Shown here: in pieces, positions 11,765 through 23,669 of the stretch
Position numbering within the stretch: position 1 is the stretch's first letter
Layout: each line of letters begins with the position of its first letter
Assembly: GCA_963702475.1 (NCBI GenBank)
Contig: CAVPCT010000003.1
Location: 1,024,001 to 1,088,000 of the forward strand
DNA length: 64,000 nt
Direction: 5' to 3'
Origin: an uncultured Thermoleophilia bacterium
GTDB lineage: Bacteria > Actinomycetota > Thermoleophilia > UBA2241
Translations under genes and position numbers: made by a program
The notes under the pieces: model-generated
What the model saw: the letters and a program-made list of their open reading frames with translations, nothing else
Databases searched by the model: none
What the model was told of the DNA's origin: nothing

Positions 11765-12079
11765 GTGGCGCGGGCGAAGAAGGCCGCCAACGGCGGCGAG
11801 CCCCTCGGCTTCGAGCAGAAGCTCTGGGCCGCGGCCGACAAGATGCGCGGCCACATGGACCCGGCCGAGTACAAGCACGTGGCGCTCGGCCTCATCTTCC
11901 TCAAGTACATCTCGGACGCGTTCGAGGAGAAGCACGCGGCGCTCGTCGCCGAGGCTGAGGCCGAGGAGGCCGCGAGCCTTGCGGCCGGCGGCCCCGGCGA
12001 GTCCGGCATCGACCCCGAGGACCGCGACGAGTACCTCGCCGAGAACGTCTTCTGGGTGCCGCGCAGAAGCCGGTGGTAG
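11765..12079 (+). pseudogene. hsdM: N-terminal fragment of type I R-M methyltransferase
   Basis: [34 protein letters not shown]...[15 protein letters not shown], then truncation; no SAM-binding or NPPF motifs. Confidence 0.88.
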
Positions 12080-12981
12080 ACGCCGAGTTCGACGAGGTGA
12101 CCGAGGCGACCGAGGTCCAGCGTCGCGAGAAGCTCAAGAGCAGATGGGCGCGCATCGAGGCCATGGTCGGCACCGATCGCCGCCTCGAGCTCGTGGCCAA
12201 GGACCTGGTCGACCACTTCGAGGCGCGCCAGGCCGGCGATCCGGCCACGCCCATGAAGGGCATGGTCGTGTGCATGAGCCGGCGCATCTGCGTCGACCTG
12301 TACGCGGAGATCGTGAAGCTGCGCCCGGGATGGCACGGCGCTGCGACCGGCGCCGACGCCGACGACGAGGTCGGCGCCGTCAAGGTCGTGGACGTCTTCA
12401 AGGTCGCCGGCCTGGAGCATCCCGACATCTCGGTGCTCGACGACAAGTTCCTCGCCGAGGTGCGGGACATGCCGCGGCGGAACCTCGCGGTCGAGCTTCT
12501 GGAGAAGCTGCTGCGCGACGAGGTCACCGTGCGCTTCCGCCGCAACCTCGTCGAGTCGCGCCGCTTCTCGGAGATGCTCCAGCACGCGGTCATCCAGTAT
12601 CAGAACCGCGCCATCACCTCGGCCCAGTTCATCGAGGAGCTGATCAAGCTGGCCAAGGAGATCCGCGAAGCCAAGGACCGCGGCGAGCAGCTTGGCCTGA
12701 ACGAGGACGAGGTCGCGTTCTACGACGCGCTGGAGACCAACGACAGCGCCGTCGCGGTGCTCGGCGACGAGACGCTCAAGGCGATCGCGCAGGAGCTGGT
12801 CGTGACCGTCAAGCGCAATGCGACCATCGACTGGAACCTGCGCGAGAGCGCCCGTGCCAAGATGCGCGTCATGGTGAAGCATCTGCTCAAGAAGTACGGC
12901 TATCCCCCGGACAAGACCGAACACGCGACGGCCCTCGTGCTGGCGCAGGCCGAGGTCGTCTGCGAGGAGTGGGCCGCCTGA
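12064..12981 (+). pseudogene. hsdR: Internally deleted C-terminal remnant of type I R-M endonuclease (DUF3387-type tail)
   Basis: REKLKSRW...[16 protein letters not shown]...LRPGWH joined to PDISVL...[11 protein letters not shown]...AFYDAL...[15 protein letters not shown]...YGYPPD; nuclease and most helicase motifs absent. Confidence 0.85.
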
Positions 12982-12993
12982 CTCTCCGGGGGT

Positions 12994-14153
12994 CTATGCA
13001 CCCTGTCCACCGCCTGGTGTGGTCGTCGCGGCCGACGCCCGAGCCGCCTTCCACGGGGCCGTCACGGACCGGTCGTAAGCGAGCGCCAGAAGGTGACTCG
13101 CGGCGAGCACCGGCACAGCCAGCAGCGCCGCGAGCCACGACGGCTGGTCGACGATGCCGGCGCCGATGGCGAGCCAGCCGATCAGGGCCCACTGGACCAG
13201 GTAGACGACGGTGATGTGGCGGCTCAGCGAGGTCAGGTAGCGTGGCACGAGCTGCCAGGAGAGGCGCCGGTCCAGCCACCACAGCGCCGGCAGCCACACC
13301 AGCACGAAGCCGGCCAGCAGGAGCTGGATCGAGAGCCCGCTGCGGAAGTAGTCGCCCAGCACCAGCGGGCCGCCGGCAGTCCGCCGCCAGCGCGACGAGC
13401 GCTCCGCCGGCCACGGCGGCGGCGAGCGCTCCGCGATCGGGCCCAGGCGCGCATCAGCGCGCCGGCGGACGCGGCGCGTTGCGCGAACCGCGCCAGGGCG
13501 AGGCCCAGCAGCGGGTAGGCGAGCCAGGGGAACAGCGGGAACGACACCCACTCGGCCGTCCCCCAGAGGGGATCGAGCACGGGCGAGCCGCCGCCGGTCC
13601 CCCAGAGCAGGGGCGCCACGGCGGTCACGGCGATGGCCATCGCCACGACCGGCCATGCGCCGCGGACCACGTGCTTCACCACGCCCAGCACGATCAGCGA
13701 GAGGCCCGCCAGCTGCAGGATGTCGATCTCGAGCAAGGCGTGCCACGCGCCTCCCAACGCGTCCTCGACGAGCACCGAGTGGGCCGCGAGCGCGGGCGCG
13801 GTGAAGCGCACCAGGTTGAGCGCGTAGCCCAGGGCGAAGAGCGCGATGCCGCGGCGCAGCCCACTCCAGACCCCGGTGCGGCGCGAGGCGCCGAAGAGGA
13901 ACCCCATCGACACCATGAACACCGGCGCGGCGGGGGCGGTGCCGAGGAGCAGGAAGGTCGTGCCGACTGCGGACGTCTCGCCGTAGTCCACGGCGAAGAG
14001 GAGCTGCACGTGCTGGAGCACCATCAGCACGATGGCGATGCCGCGCGCCAGGTCGAGGAAGCGGAGGCGGCCGTCGACGGTGAGCAGCGGGCCGAAGGAG
14101 CGCGCGGGATCCATGGAGGGGCTGTCGGCCGCCCGGTCCCTCGTGGCGCTCAT
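12994..14153 (-). CDS. DUF1624 / heparan-alpha-glucosaminide N-acetyltransferase-like membrane protein (frameshifted near 13380-13440)
   Basis: RLRFLDLARGIAIVLM, APVF, DILQLAG, FPLFPWLAY; GGAGG RBS; C-terminal helices in another frame. Confidence 0.8.
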
Positions 14154-14266
14154 TCCGGTCTGATTCCTCCCCGGGGATCGCGATCGCCGCGGGCACGTGT
14201 CTGGCGGCTGCTCACCCGACCTTCTAGACTGCGTGTCGAGCCGAGTCAAGGGAGAAAGGCGACCGC

Positions 14267-15555
14267 ATGAGCGCCACCATCACCGCCGTCCACGCCCGGA
14301 TGATCCTCGACTGTCGCGGCTACCCGACCGTGCAGGCGGAGGTGGAGGCCGGCGGGCGGCTCGGCAGAGCCGACGTCCCCGCCGGCCGGTCGACCGGCAG
14401 CAGCGAGGCCGCAGAGCTGCGCGACGGGGGTGCCGCGTACCGCGGCAAGGGCGTCGCGCGCGCCGTCGCAGACGTGCAACGAGGTGATCGGGCCGGCCGT
14501 CCTCGGGCGCGACGCGGCCGACCAGGTCGCGCTCGACCGCTTCCTCTGCGAACTCGACGGCTCGGCGGACAAGAGCCGGCTCGGCGCCAACGCCGTCCTC
14601 GGCGTCTCGCTGGCCGCTGCGCGCGCCGCCGCGGACTGCGCCGGCCTGCCGCTGCACCGGTACCTGCGCGCCGACTCGCGCGTGCTGCCGGTGCCGTTCG
14701 TGAACCTCATCAACGGCGGCAAGCTCACCTCCAACGACCTCGACTTCCAGGAGTTCATCTGCATGCCGGTCGGCGCCGCCACGTTCAGCGAGGCGCTGCG
14801 CATGGCCAGTGAGTGCCACATGGCCCTCATGGAGATCGTGGTCGAGCGGTACGGCAAGCTGGCCGCCAACACCGGCGATGAGGGCGGGTTCGCGACGCCC
14901 ATCGTCGACGTGCGCGAGGCGCTGCAGGTGCTGCACGACGGCGTGGCCGCGGCCGGATACGCGAGCGACATGGTCTACGCGCTGGACTGCGCCGCGACGC
15001 ACCTGTGGGACGCGTCGCGGCGCACCTACACCGTCGCGGGCACGGAGTACACGACCGGCGAGCTCATCGACTTCTACGAGGAACTGGTGCGCGACTACGG
15101 CATCGTCTCCATCGAGGACCCCCTCGCGGAGGACGACTGGGACGGCTGGGTCGAGATCACGCGCAGGCTGGGGCCGGACGTGCAGCTCATCGGCGACGAC
15201 CTCTTCGTGACGAACGCGGAGCTGGTGCGGCGCGGGGTGGAGCTGGGCGCGGCCAACGCGATGCTGTGGAAGGTCAACCAGATCGGCACGCTGAGCGAGG
15301 CGTTCGCGGCGGCCGAGACGGCGTTCCGCAACGGCTACGGCGTGTGCGTGAGCGAGCGGTCCGGCGAGACCGAGGACCCGCTCATCGCCGACCTCGTGGT
15401 GGCGCTCAACGCCGGGCAGATCAAGACCGGGCTCTCCGGTGCGCGGCGAGCGCACGGCCAAGTACAACCGGCTGTTCCAGATCGAGGAGTGGCTCGGCGC
15501 CGACGCGGTGTACGCGGGGCGCGATTGGCGTCACCCGGCGCCGGCGATCCGGTGA
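14267..15555 (+). CDS. eno: Enolase, divergent (frameshifts near 14475 and 15435)
   Basis: [86 protein letters not shown]. Confidence 0.9.
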
Positions 15556-17119
15556 GCGACCGCGGGCAGCCGGGGGAGGGCGCGCGCCGGCGCGGCCGGC
15601 AGGGCGCGCGGCACGCGGGCGGGGCGCCGCCGCCGCCGCACGAGCTCGCGGCCCGCCGCTTCGTCAACCACGCGGAGCTGACCGGTCACGGCCGCGTGGA
15701 GCTTCGCCGCGACGCGCTCTCTGTGGCCGCCGCGGCGCTCGACGCGGTCGACCCGGCGGCGGCGCTCCGAGGCATGGTCGCCCTCGAGGGTGACCGACCT
15801 CGATCGTCACCCCGCCGGGTGACGTGAACCGGACCTTCGACCTTTCCGGCGGCCGGCGCGTCTTCGTCGCCGGCGCCGGCAAGGCCACGATCGGCATGGC
15901 CGCCGTGCTGGACGAGCTGCTCGGCGGCCGCATCGCGGCCGGCGTCGCCGTGGTCAAACGCGGCCAAGCCGTTCCGTTGCGGCACATCGAGGTCCTCGAG
16001 GCGTCGCACCCCGTCCCGGACGAAGTCGAGCCTCGCCGGCGGCCTGCGCCTGCTCGAGATCGCCGCCGGCGCGGCCCCCGGCGACCTGTTCATCGGCCTC
16101 GTGACCGGAGGAAGCTCGGCACTCGCCGTGGCGCCGGCAGAGGGGCTCACGCTCGCCGACAAGGTCGCCGTCAACCGTCTGCTGCTGGCGTGCGGGCGCC
16201 GACATCGTGTCCATCAACAAGCGTCCGCAAGCACCTCTCGCGCCTCAAGGGCGGGCGCCTGGCGCGAGCGGCCGGCTGCGACGTGCTCAACTTCACGGTC
16301 TCCGACGTCGTCGGCGACCCGCTCGACGCCGTCACCGACCTCACGGTGCCGGACACCTCCACCTTCGCCGACGCCCAGGCCGTCTGCGACCGCTGGGACC
16401 TGTGGCCGCACCTGCCCACGCGCGCGGCCGCCCATCTGCGGCGCGCCGACCCGGCCGAGGAGAGCTGTCACGCCCTCGACGGCGTGACGTCGTTCGTCGT
16501 GGCGGACGCGCGCACGATGTGCGGGCCGCGGCCGCGACCGCCGAGGAGCTGGGGTACCGCGCCGAGGTGCTGCGCCTCGACCTGGAGGGCGACAGCGCCG
16601 GGGCCGGCCGCTGGTTCGCGCGGCGGGTTGACGGCGGCTGCGCCGGGAACGGCACTGGTGGCCGGCGGTGAGGCCACCACGGTGCTGGCGCACGGGCAGG
16701 GGCTGTCCGGCGGCGGTGGGCCGAGTCAGGAGGGCGCCCTCGCGGGCGCCCTCGAGCTCGCCGGCGGGTCCGCCGCCTGCCTGCTCTGCCTCGACTCCGA
16801 TGGCACCGATGGGCCCGGACACGCCGCCGGCGGCCTGGTCGACGACGTCACGGCGGCGGCGCTCGCCGCCGCCGGGGCCGGCGCGCATGCCGCCCTCGCG
16901 GCGCACGCCTCCGGGACGGCGCTCGAGGCCGCCGGCGACCGCGTCTTCACCGGCCCGACGGGGACCAACGTCAACGACCTCAAGCTCGGCCTCGTCGGTC
17001 CCGCTCCGTCCGGCCTGCCGTCGGCGGCGCGAGGCGCTGCGCCTGACCGCGGCGCCCGGAGCCGCGGCCGCCACCCGCGCCTCACGCGTCCGCGGATCGT
17101 CCCTTCCGCTCTCTCATGA
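15552..17119 (+). CDS. MOFRL/DUF4147 family glycerate 2-kinase (several frameshifts)
   Basis: GAGKA, EASHPVPD, TGGSSAL, VRKHLSRLKGGRLA, SDVVGDP, GGEAT, DSDGTDG, TGPTGTNVND; GTGA overlap with enolase stop. Confidence 0.85.
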
Positions 17120-18631
17120 GGAACCACACGATGACGGTGGTCGCCGGCATCAGGCCGACGGCCGCGAGCATCGCACCGTGCAGGCCGGTGACGAAGGAGC
17201 TGCAGGAACTGGCGCACGGCCTCCGGGAAGACTGCGGCGGCGCGCCGTTCTCGATGCTGTCCACGGTCGTCCTGACCTCCGCCTCGGTCACGCCGAGCGC
17301 CTTGAGGTCCCGCCACAGGTCGAATCCCGGTGACCACCTTGACGGTGAGCATGGTGAGCACCATCCCGAGCGCCGACCCCAGCTGGCCGATGCTCGTCCT
17401 GGACGACGTCACGGCCCCGTAGTCGCCTTCGGTGACGGCGAGGATGATGACCTGTCCCTGTGCCGTGAGGGTCGCGCCGATGCCGGCGCCCACCACGACG
17501 ACGCTGGGGATGTACGCCCAGGACGGCAGATGCTCCGCGAGCGGGACGAACGTCAGGAACCCGAGCGAGGCGACCAGCAGACCGCGCGTCATCACGGTGC
17601 GCTCCGCCCCGGGTCTCGCCAGGACCCGGCCGGCGATCAGGCCGCCGATCCCGCCGGCGATGTAGAGCGGCTCCAGGGCGAGCGTCGTGACGAGCTCCGA
17701 GCCCTGCTTCACGAACTGCACCCCGCCATTGATGGTCAGGGCCATGGCCGACATGGCGATGGGGCAGGCAAGGCCGACGGCGACGGCCGCGCAGAAGGCC
17801 CGCGAGCGGAAGATCCTCACCGGGAAGGACGGCGCCTCGAGGCGCGACTCCACGAGCGCCCAGGCGACGAAGCAGACAGACCCCGACCAGGATGAAGAAC
17901 CAGCCGGTGCGGTCCGGCGGGTGGGCGGTGACGCGCGAGACGCCGGAGATGACCGCGACCATCGCGGCCCCGAGCAGCACGAGGCCGACGACGTCCACGC
18001 GTCCGGAACCGGTGCGCGGCATGGGCGGCAGCAGGCGCGGCGTGAGCACGAGGCTCACGGCGCACATCACCGGCACGACGAGGAACAACCAGCGCCAGCC
18101 GATCCCCGCAAGGGCGCCGCCGCCGATGGTGGTCGCCATGACGACGATGGTCGTGAACATGCCGACCAGGCCCAGGCCAAGGCCGAGGCTGCGGCCGGGC
18201 GCCACCGCCTTGGTGTAGGCGTAGGAGGACGTGAGCATGACGCTGTAGCCGAGGCCCGCCAGCACGAGGCAGGCCACATACACCCAGCCGGCCGGGAAGA
18301 ACACGATGGCCAGGTTGGCCGCGCCTGCCAGCACGAACGACGCCATCAGCAGCGGGCGGCGGCCGAGCCTGTCGGCGGCGACGCCGGCCGCCACGGCGGT
18401 GGCGGCGATGGAGAGGCTCACGGCGCTCGCCGCGGCGCTGCGCAGCCCGGCGGAGAGGGCCATGTCCCGGGCTGCGTCGACCAGGGACACGGTGGCCAGG
18501 GTGCCTCCCGTGGCCTTGATCGCCTCGATCCAGGCGAGCAGCAGGAGAGCGTAGGGGCTCCTGAGATGGTCGGCGGCGCCGGCTTGCGTCGCGCCGCCCG
18601 TGCCCACCGTGCCCGCGGGTGCAGTGCCCAT
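17082..18631 (-). CDS. MFS transporter, DHA2-like (frameshifted)
   Basis: GVAADRLGRR motif A, GWRWLFLV, many hydrophobic helices across three frames; GAGGAGG RBS. Confidence 0.85.
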
Positions 18632-18790
18632 CGCGGCCCCCTCCTCTCAGCGGGAGTCTACAGCCGCTCGCGGACGCGGTGTCAGGAGGCCGCGGAGCGC
18701 GCGACCACCACCGTCCGCCGGACAACCCGTCCAGTCCGGGTGGTAGTGTGGCGGCGAGACCGTCCGGGCCACCGCGAGCGGGAGTGAGGC

Positions 18791-19951
18791 ATGAGGTTCA
18801 TCCACACCGGCGACTGGCATCTCGGCAAGCTCCTGCGGGAACGGTCGCTGGTGGAAGACCAGCTGTTCGCGCTGCGCGGTCTCGTGCGGCTCGCCGACGA
18901 GGTGCGGCCGGACGCCATCGTCGTAGCGGGCGACGTCTACGACCGTGCCGTGGCGCCCACCGAGGCCGTGCGTGTGCTTGACGACGTCCTCGCGACCCTC
19001 ACCCTCGACCTGAGGGTCCCGGTCGTCGATCATCGCCGGCAACCACGACAGCGCGGCGCGGCTGGACTACCTCAACGGCCTGGTCACGCGCGTCGGGCTT
19101 CATGTGGTGGGCACGGTGGGCGCCGAGCCGCGGGGCGTGCCGGTCACGCGGCAGGGACGGCGTGGACGTGGTGTTCTGGCCGCTTGCCTACACCGATCCC
19201 GAGACCGCTCGCTGTCGACCTGGGCCGCTCCGACATCCGCAGTCACGAGGCGGTGCTGCGCGGCTCACCTCGGAGCGGGTGCGCGAGCTGTCGCGACGAC
19301 GATGCCCGCAGCGTCGTCGTCGCCCACGCCTTCGTCACCGGGCGCGCAGCCGTCGGAGTCCGAGCGGCCGCTGTCGGTCGGCGGGTCCGGCGAGGTGTCG
19401 CGAGACGTGTTCGAGGGGTTCGACTACGTCGCTCTCGGCCACCTGCACCGGCCCCAGCGCGTGAGCGAACGCGTGCGGTATGCGGGGTCGCTGCTCAAGT
19501 ACTCGTTCGACGAGGCCGACCACCGCAAGTCGGTCACCGTGGTCGACCTCGACCGCGAGGGCGCCGTGACGGTCGAGGAGCGCCACCTGCCGGTGCGGCG
19601 AGACCTCGTGCGCCTGCGCGGCTCGTTCGAGGAGGTCAGGGAGCGGCCCGACGCCGGCGACTTCGCGGAGGCCTACGTGGAGGTCATCCTCACCGACACC
19701 GACCCTGTGCTCGACCCCATGCAGAAGCTCCGCGCCGTGTATCCCAACGTCCTCTCGCTGCGGCGCGAGACCTGGCTGGCCCAGACGCGCGCCTGCGAGA
19801 GGCTCGAGGTCGGCACCATGTCGACGCGCGACCTCTTCGGGGAGTTCTTCCGTGAGGTCACCGACCAGCACCTCACCGAGGCGCAGCAGGACGAGGTCGA
19901 CGACGCCCTCACGTCCGCCCGGCGCGCGAGGAGCGGGAGGTGGTCGAGTGA
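18791..19951 (+). CDS. sbcD: Exonuclease SbcCD subunit D (multiple frameshifts)
   Basis: MRFIHTGDWHLG, AGDVYD, AGNHDS, AHAFV, YVALGHLH, YAGSLLKYSFDE. Confidence 0.93.
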
Positions 19952-22900
19952 GACCGCTCAGGCTCGCCATGCAGGCCTTCGGCCCGTACAAGGGCACGCG
20001 AGACCGTGGACTTCGCGCGAGCTCGGCGACCAGAAGCTCTTCCTCATCCACGGCGAGACCGGGGCCGGCAAGACCAGCATCCTCGACGCCATCGTGTTCG
20101 CCCTGTACGGCGATACGAGCGGCGGCGAGCGCAAGGCGGGGCAGATGCGCTGCGAGTCGGCGGATCCGGCCACGCCCACCGTGGTCACCTTCGACTTCGC
20201 TCTGGGGCCGCAGACGCTACCGGGTGGTGCGCCGCCCGGCGCAGGAGTCTGGCCCGGGCGAGCGGCGAGGGCGTCGTGAGCAAACCGGCCTCCGCGGCCA
20301 TGTGGGAGACCACTGAGGCGGCGCCGGGCGCCGAGGGCGACCTGCTCGCTTCGCAGATCGGCAAGGTCAACGACAAGGTCCACGAGCTGCTGGGCTTCTC
20401 GTCAGAGCAGTTCCGGCAGGTCGTCGTGCTGCCGCAGGGCAGGTTCCGGGACCTGCTGGCCGCGGGCTCCGACAAGCGCGAGGAGATCCTGCGGCAGCTC
20501 TTCTCGACAAGGGAGTGCGCCGAGCTCGAGCGCCGTCTCAAGGAGCGGGCGCGCGAGGTGGTCCGGCGGAGTCAGGACCTCGCGCTCATGAAGCGCACGC
20601 GGCTCGAGGCGACGGGGGCGGAGGACGAGGGGCAGCTGGAGGCGCTGCTGCGCGAGGCCGGCGAGGCCGTCGCGGAACGCGCCGGGGAGGCAGGGCGCCT
20701 CACCGCCGAGGCCGCGGCTGCGGCCGCGGCGCTCGCCGAGGCGCAGACAGGCTGACGAGGCCGCGCGCGCGGTCGTCGAGGCCCGGGCCCGGGTCGAGAC
20801 GCTCGCGGCCGAGCAGCCGCGCGTCGACGCGCTCAGGGCGGTGGCCGAGCAGGCCCGGAGGGCGCAGCGCGTCGAGCCGTTCGCGGCCGCGCGGCATCGG
20901 GCCGCTGAGCGTGCGGGCTCCGCGGCGGAGGCGGTGGGCGAGGCTCGTCAGGGTCTCGCGGAGGCGACCGAGCGCGAAGCCCGTGCCGCCGAAGTGCTGG
21001 CCGAACAGCAGGCGCGGGAGCCGGACCGCGCCGCCGCGGCGCAGGAGGTCCGGCGGCTCTCGGAGATGGCGGCGGTCGTCACCGCCTGGCGGCAGGCCGA
21101 CCAACGGCGCGTCCGGGCAGACGCCGCCTCGGCGTCCGCCGCCGCCGAGCTCGGCGCGGCTGAGGCCGCCGAGGCGGAGGCCAGAGCGGCGCGGGAGACG
21201 GCGGCGGGGCGGGTGGCCGCCGCCACCGCGGCCCGCGCCGGCCTCGACGCCGCCCGGCAGCGGCGCGAACAGGCCGCGCAGCTGGCGGCGCTCTGCGAGG
21301 CGCGTGAGGCGGCGGCGGCCGCGATGGAGCGGGCGCGACAGAAGCGCGCCGCCGCCGCCGAGCAGCACGCGCACGCGCAGTCCGAGGCGGACGGCCGCCA
21401 GAAGGAGCAGGCGCAGGCCCAGGAGTCGTGGCGCGGCGGCAGGGCCGGGGCACTGGCCGCGGGGCTCGTGGACGGCGTGCCGTGCCCGGTGTGCGGGTCC
21501 ACCGAGCACCCGGCGCCGGCGCCGCAGGTCGACGGCGCCGACGACGACGCCCTGGCCGCCGCCGGGGAGCGCCTCGAGCAGGCCCGTCGACGGCTCGAGG
21601 GCTGCAGGGAGGCGCTCGGCGCGGCCGACAGTGAGCTCGCCAGCGCCTGTGGAGAGCTCAGGGCCTTGGATGGGCAGCTGCCCGGCGACGCCACGACGCA
21701 CCGTGCCCGCGAGGCAGTGCTCGCGTGCGAGGGCGAGTGTGCGACGCTCGACCTACAGGTCGCCCAGGTGGCCGACCGCGACGCGCTGCTCGCGGGTGTC
21801 GAGGCGGCGCTGCAGGCGGCCGAGGCTCGTCTGGCCACGGCCCGTGGGTCGGACCGCGACGCCGCCGGCGTCGCGGCCGAGACGCGCGCTCGTGCCGACC
21901 AGCTCGCCGCCGGCATCCCCGAGGACCTTCGCGATGAGGAGGCGTTGGAGCGCGCGCTGGCGGGAGCCATCGCGCACAGCGAGCGCCTCGTGGCCGAGAT
22001 CAAGGCAGCCGAGGACGAGAGCGGCGCTGCGCGCGAGCATCGCGTCGCCACCGAGCGCGACCTCAAGGCGGCCGACGACGCGGCCGGCAAGGCCCGGCAC
22101 GACGACGCGGCAGCTGCGGCCGCCCTCGGTGCCGCACTCGAGGAGCACGGTTTCGCGGCTGCCGAGGCCTTCGCTGCCGCCGTCGTGGCGGACGACCAGA
22201 TCGCCGCGGCCGAGGCTGCGGTGGCCGCTCACGCCGAGGGCCTCGGTCAGGCCCGGGGGCAGCTCACGCAGGCCCGGGCCGCCGCCGAGGAACACCCAGT
22301 CACGGGAGAGCCGGCCGCCTTCCGCGCGCGTCACGAGCAGGCAGCGGTGGCGGCCAGGGAGGCGCAGAGCCGGCAGACGCAGGCCGAGGCTCGTCTGGCG
22401 CAGCTCCGTGAGGCGCGCGAAGCCTTGGACGGGCTCGCGCGCGACGAGCGGGACGTCGACGCCACGTACAAGGTGGTCGGCATGCTGTCGGACGTCGCCA
22501 ATGGGCAGGCCGACGGCGCCAAGGTCTCGTTCCAGCGCTGGGTGCTGGGCAAGTACCTCGACATCGTGCTTGTTTCGGCCAGCGAGCGGCTGCGGGCCAT
22601 GAGCCGCGAGCGCTACGAACTCCATCGCCAACTCGAAGCCGAGAACCTCAGAGCAGAAGAGCGGCCTCGATCTGGCGGTGGCCGACAGCTGGTCCAATCG
22701 CTCACGCCCCGCCGTCACGCTGTCGGGCGGGGAGAGCTTTCTCGCGGCGCTTTCGCTGGCCCTGGGCCTCGCCGAGACGGTGGAGGCCCAGTCGGGGGGC
22801 GTCAGACTCGAGACCATCTTCGTGGACGAGGGCTTCGGCGCTCTGGACCCCAGCGCCCTCGACCTCGCCATGGACGCCCTCGTGCAGCTCAAGGACAGCG

Positions 22901-23013
22901 GCAGACTGGTCGGGGTCATCAGCCACGTGCCGGAGCTGCAGCAGGTCATCTCGGCACGGCTGGAGGTGAAGGGCGGACCGGGCGGCAGCACCGCCCACTT
23001 CCACGTGTCCTGA
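19948..23013 (+). CDS. sbcC: SMC-like ATPase SbcC (multiple frameshifts)
   Basis: AFGPY, Walker A GETGAGKT, Q-loop LPQGRF, coiled coil with zinc hook CPVCGS, LSGGE, Walker B IFVDEGFG, VISH. Confidence 0.93.
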
Positions 23014-23029
23014 CGCTCGCCGCGATCGC

Positions 23030-23597
23030 CCTCATGTACCGCCCGGTGCGGCCCGGGCTCCTGCGCGCGCCCCACCGGCGCCGTGCGCTCGCGCACGGCC
23101 GACTGCGTCGCGCCGCGGCACACCTCGTCAGCGCCTCCACGGCGCGCTTCGCGTGCGCCACGGCCACGACGACCGTGCGCGGCCCGGTGACGATGTCGCC
23201 GGCCGCGAACACTCGCGGCCGGGAGGTCCGGCCGTGCTCGTCGGCCTCCAGCAGCCCGCTCTGCGTGAGCCTGAGGCCGACGTCGGGGACGTCCGACGCC
23301 GGCCCCCGGCCCCTGACCCACGGCGATGATGACGGCGTCGGCCTCCACGTCGCCTGTCCGCGCGAAGTCGTCCTCGAACGAGACACTCCCGTCCTCGGCC
23401 CCGACCCGTTCCACGGCGACCCACTTCACCGCGTGGTCGGTGATGCGGATCGTCTTGCTGCAGTGCAGGAACCCGACGCCGTCGATGAGCGCCAGCTCGA
23501 CCTCGTCCTGGTAAGCAGCGACCTCGCGCGGCCCCATGAAGTTGAGGATCGTCACGTCGGTCGCGGCCTTGCGCACCGCCGTCCTGGCCGCGTTCAC
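23030..23597 (-). pseudogene. C-terminal fragment of a GltD/NfnB-like NAD(P)-dependent flavoprotein oxidoreductase; 3' end approximate
   Basis: NAARTAVR, ADAVIIAVGQ, TSRPRVFAAGDIVTGPRTVVVAV; N-terminal Fe-S/FAD domains and GGG motif absent. Confidence 0.7.
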
Positions 23598-23669
23598 GCG
23601 GCCCCTCTCTCGGCACGGATGCGGATACGGAACAGGCGCCCGGGGTGGCCAGGGTCGGCGTGTGCGTGG

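Noticed and set aside
20753-20755. In-frame TGA in sbcC as possible selenocysteine or readthrough
   Set aside because: Coding continues in a different frame, so this is an indel rather than recoding; the position is in coiled coil
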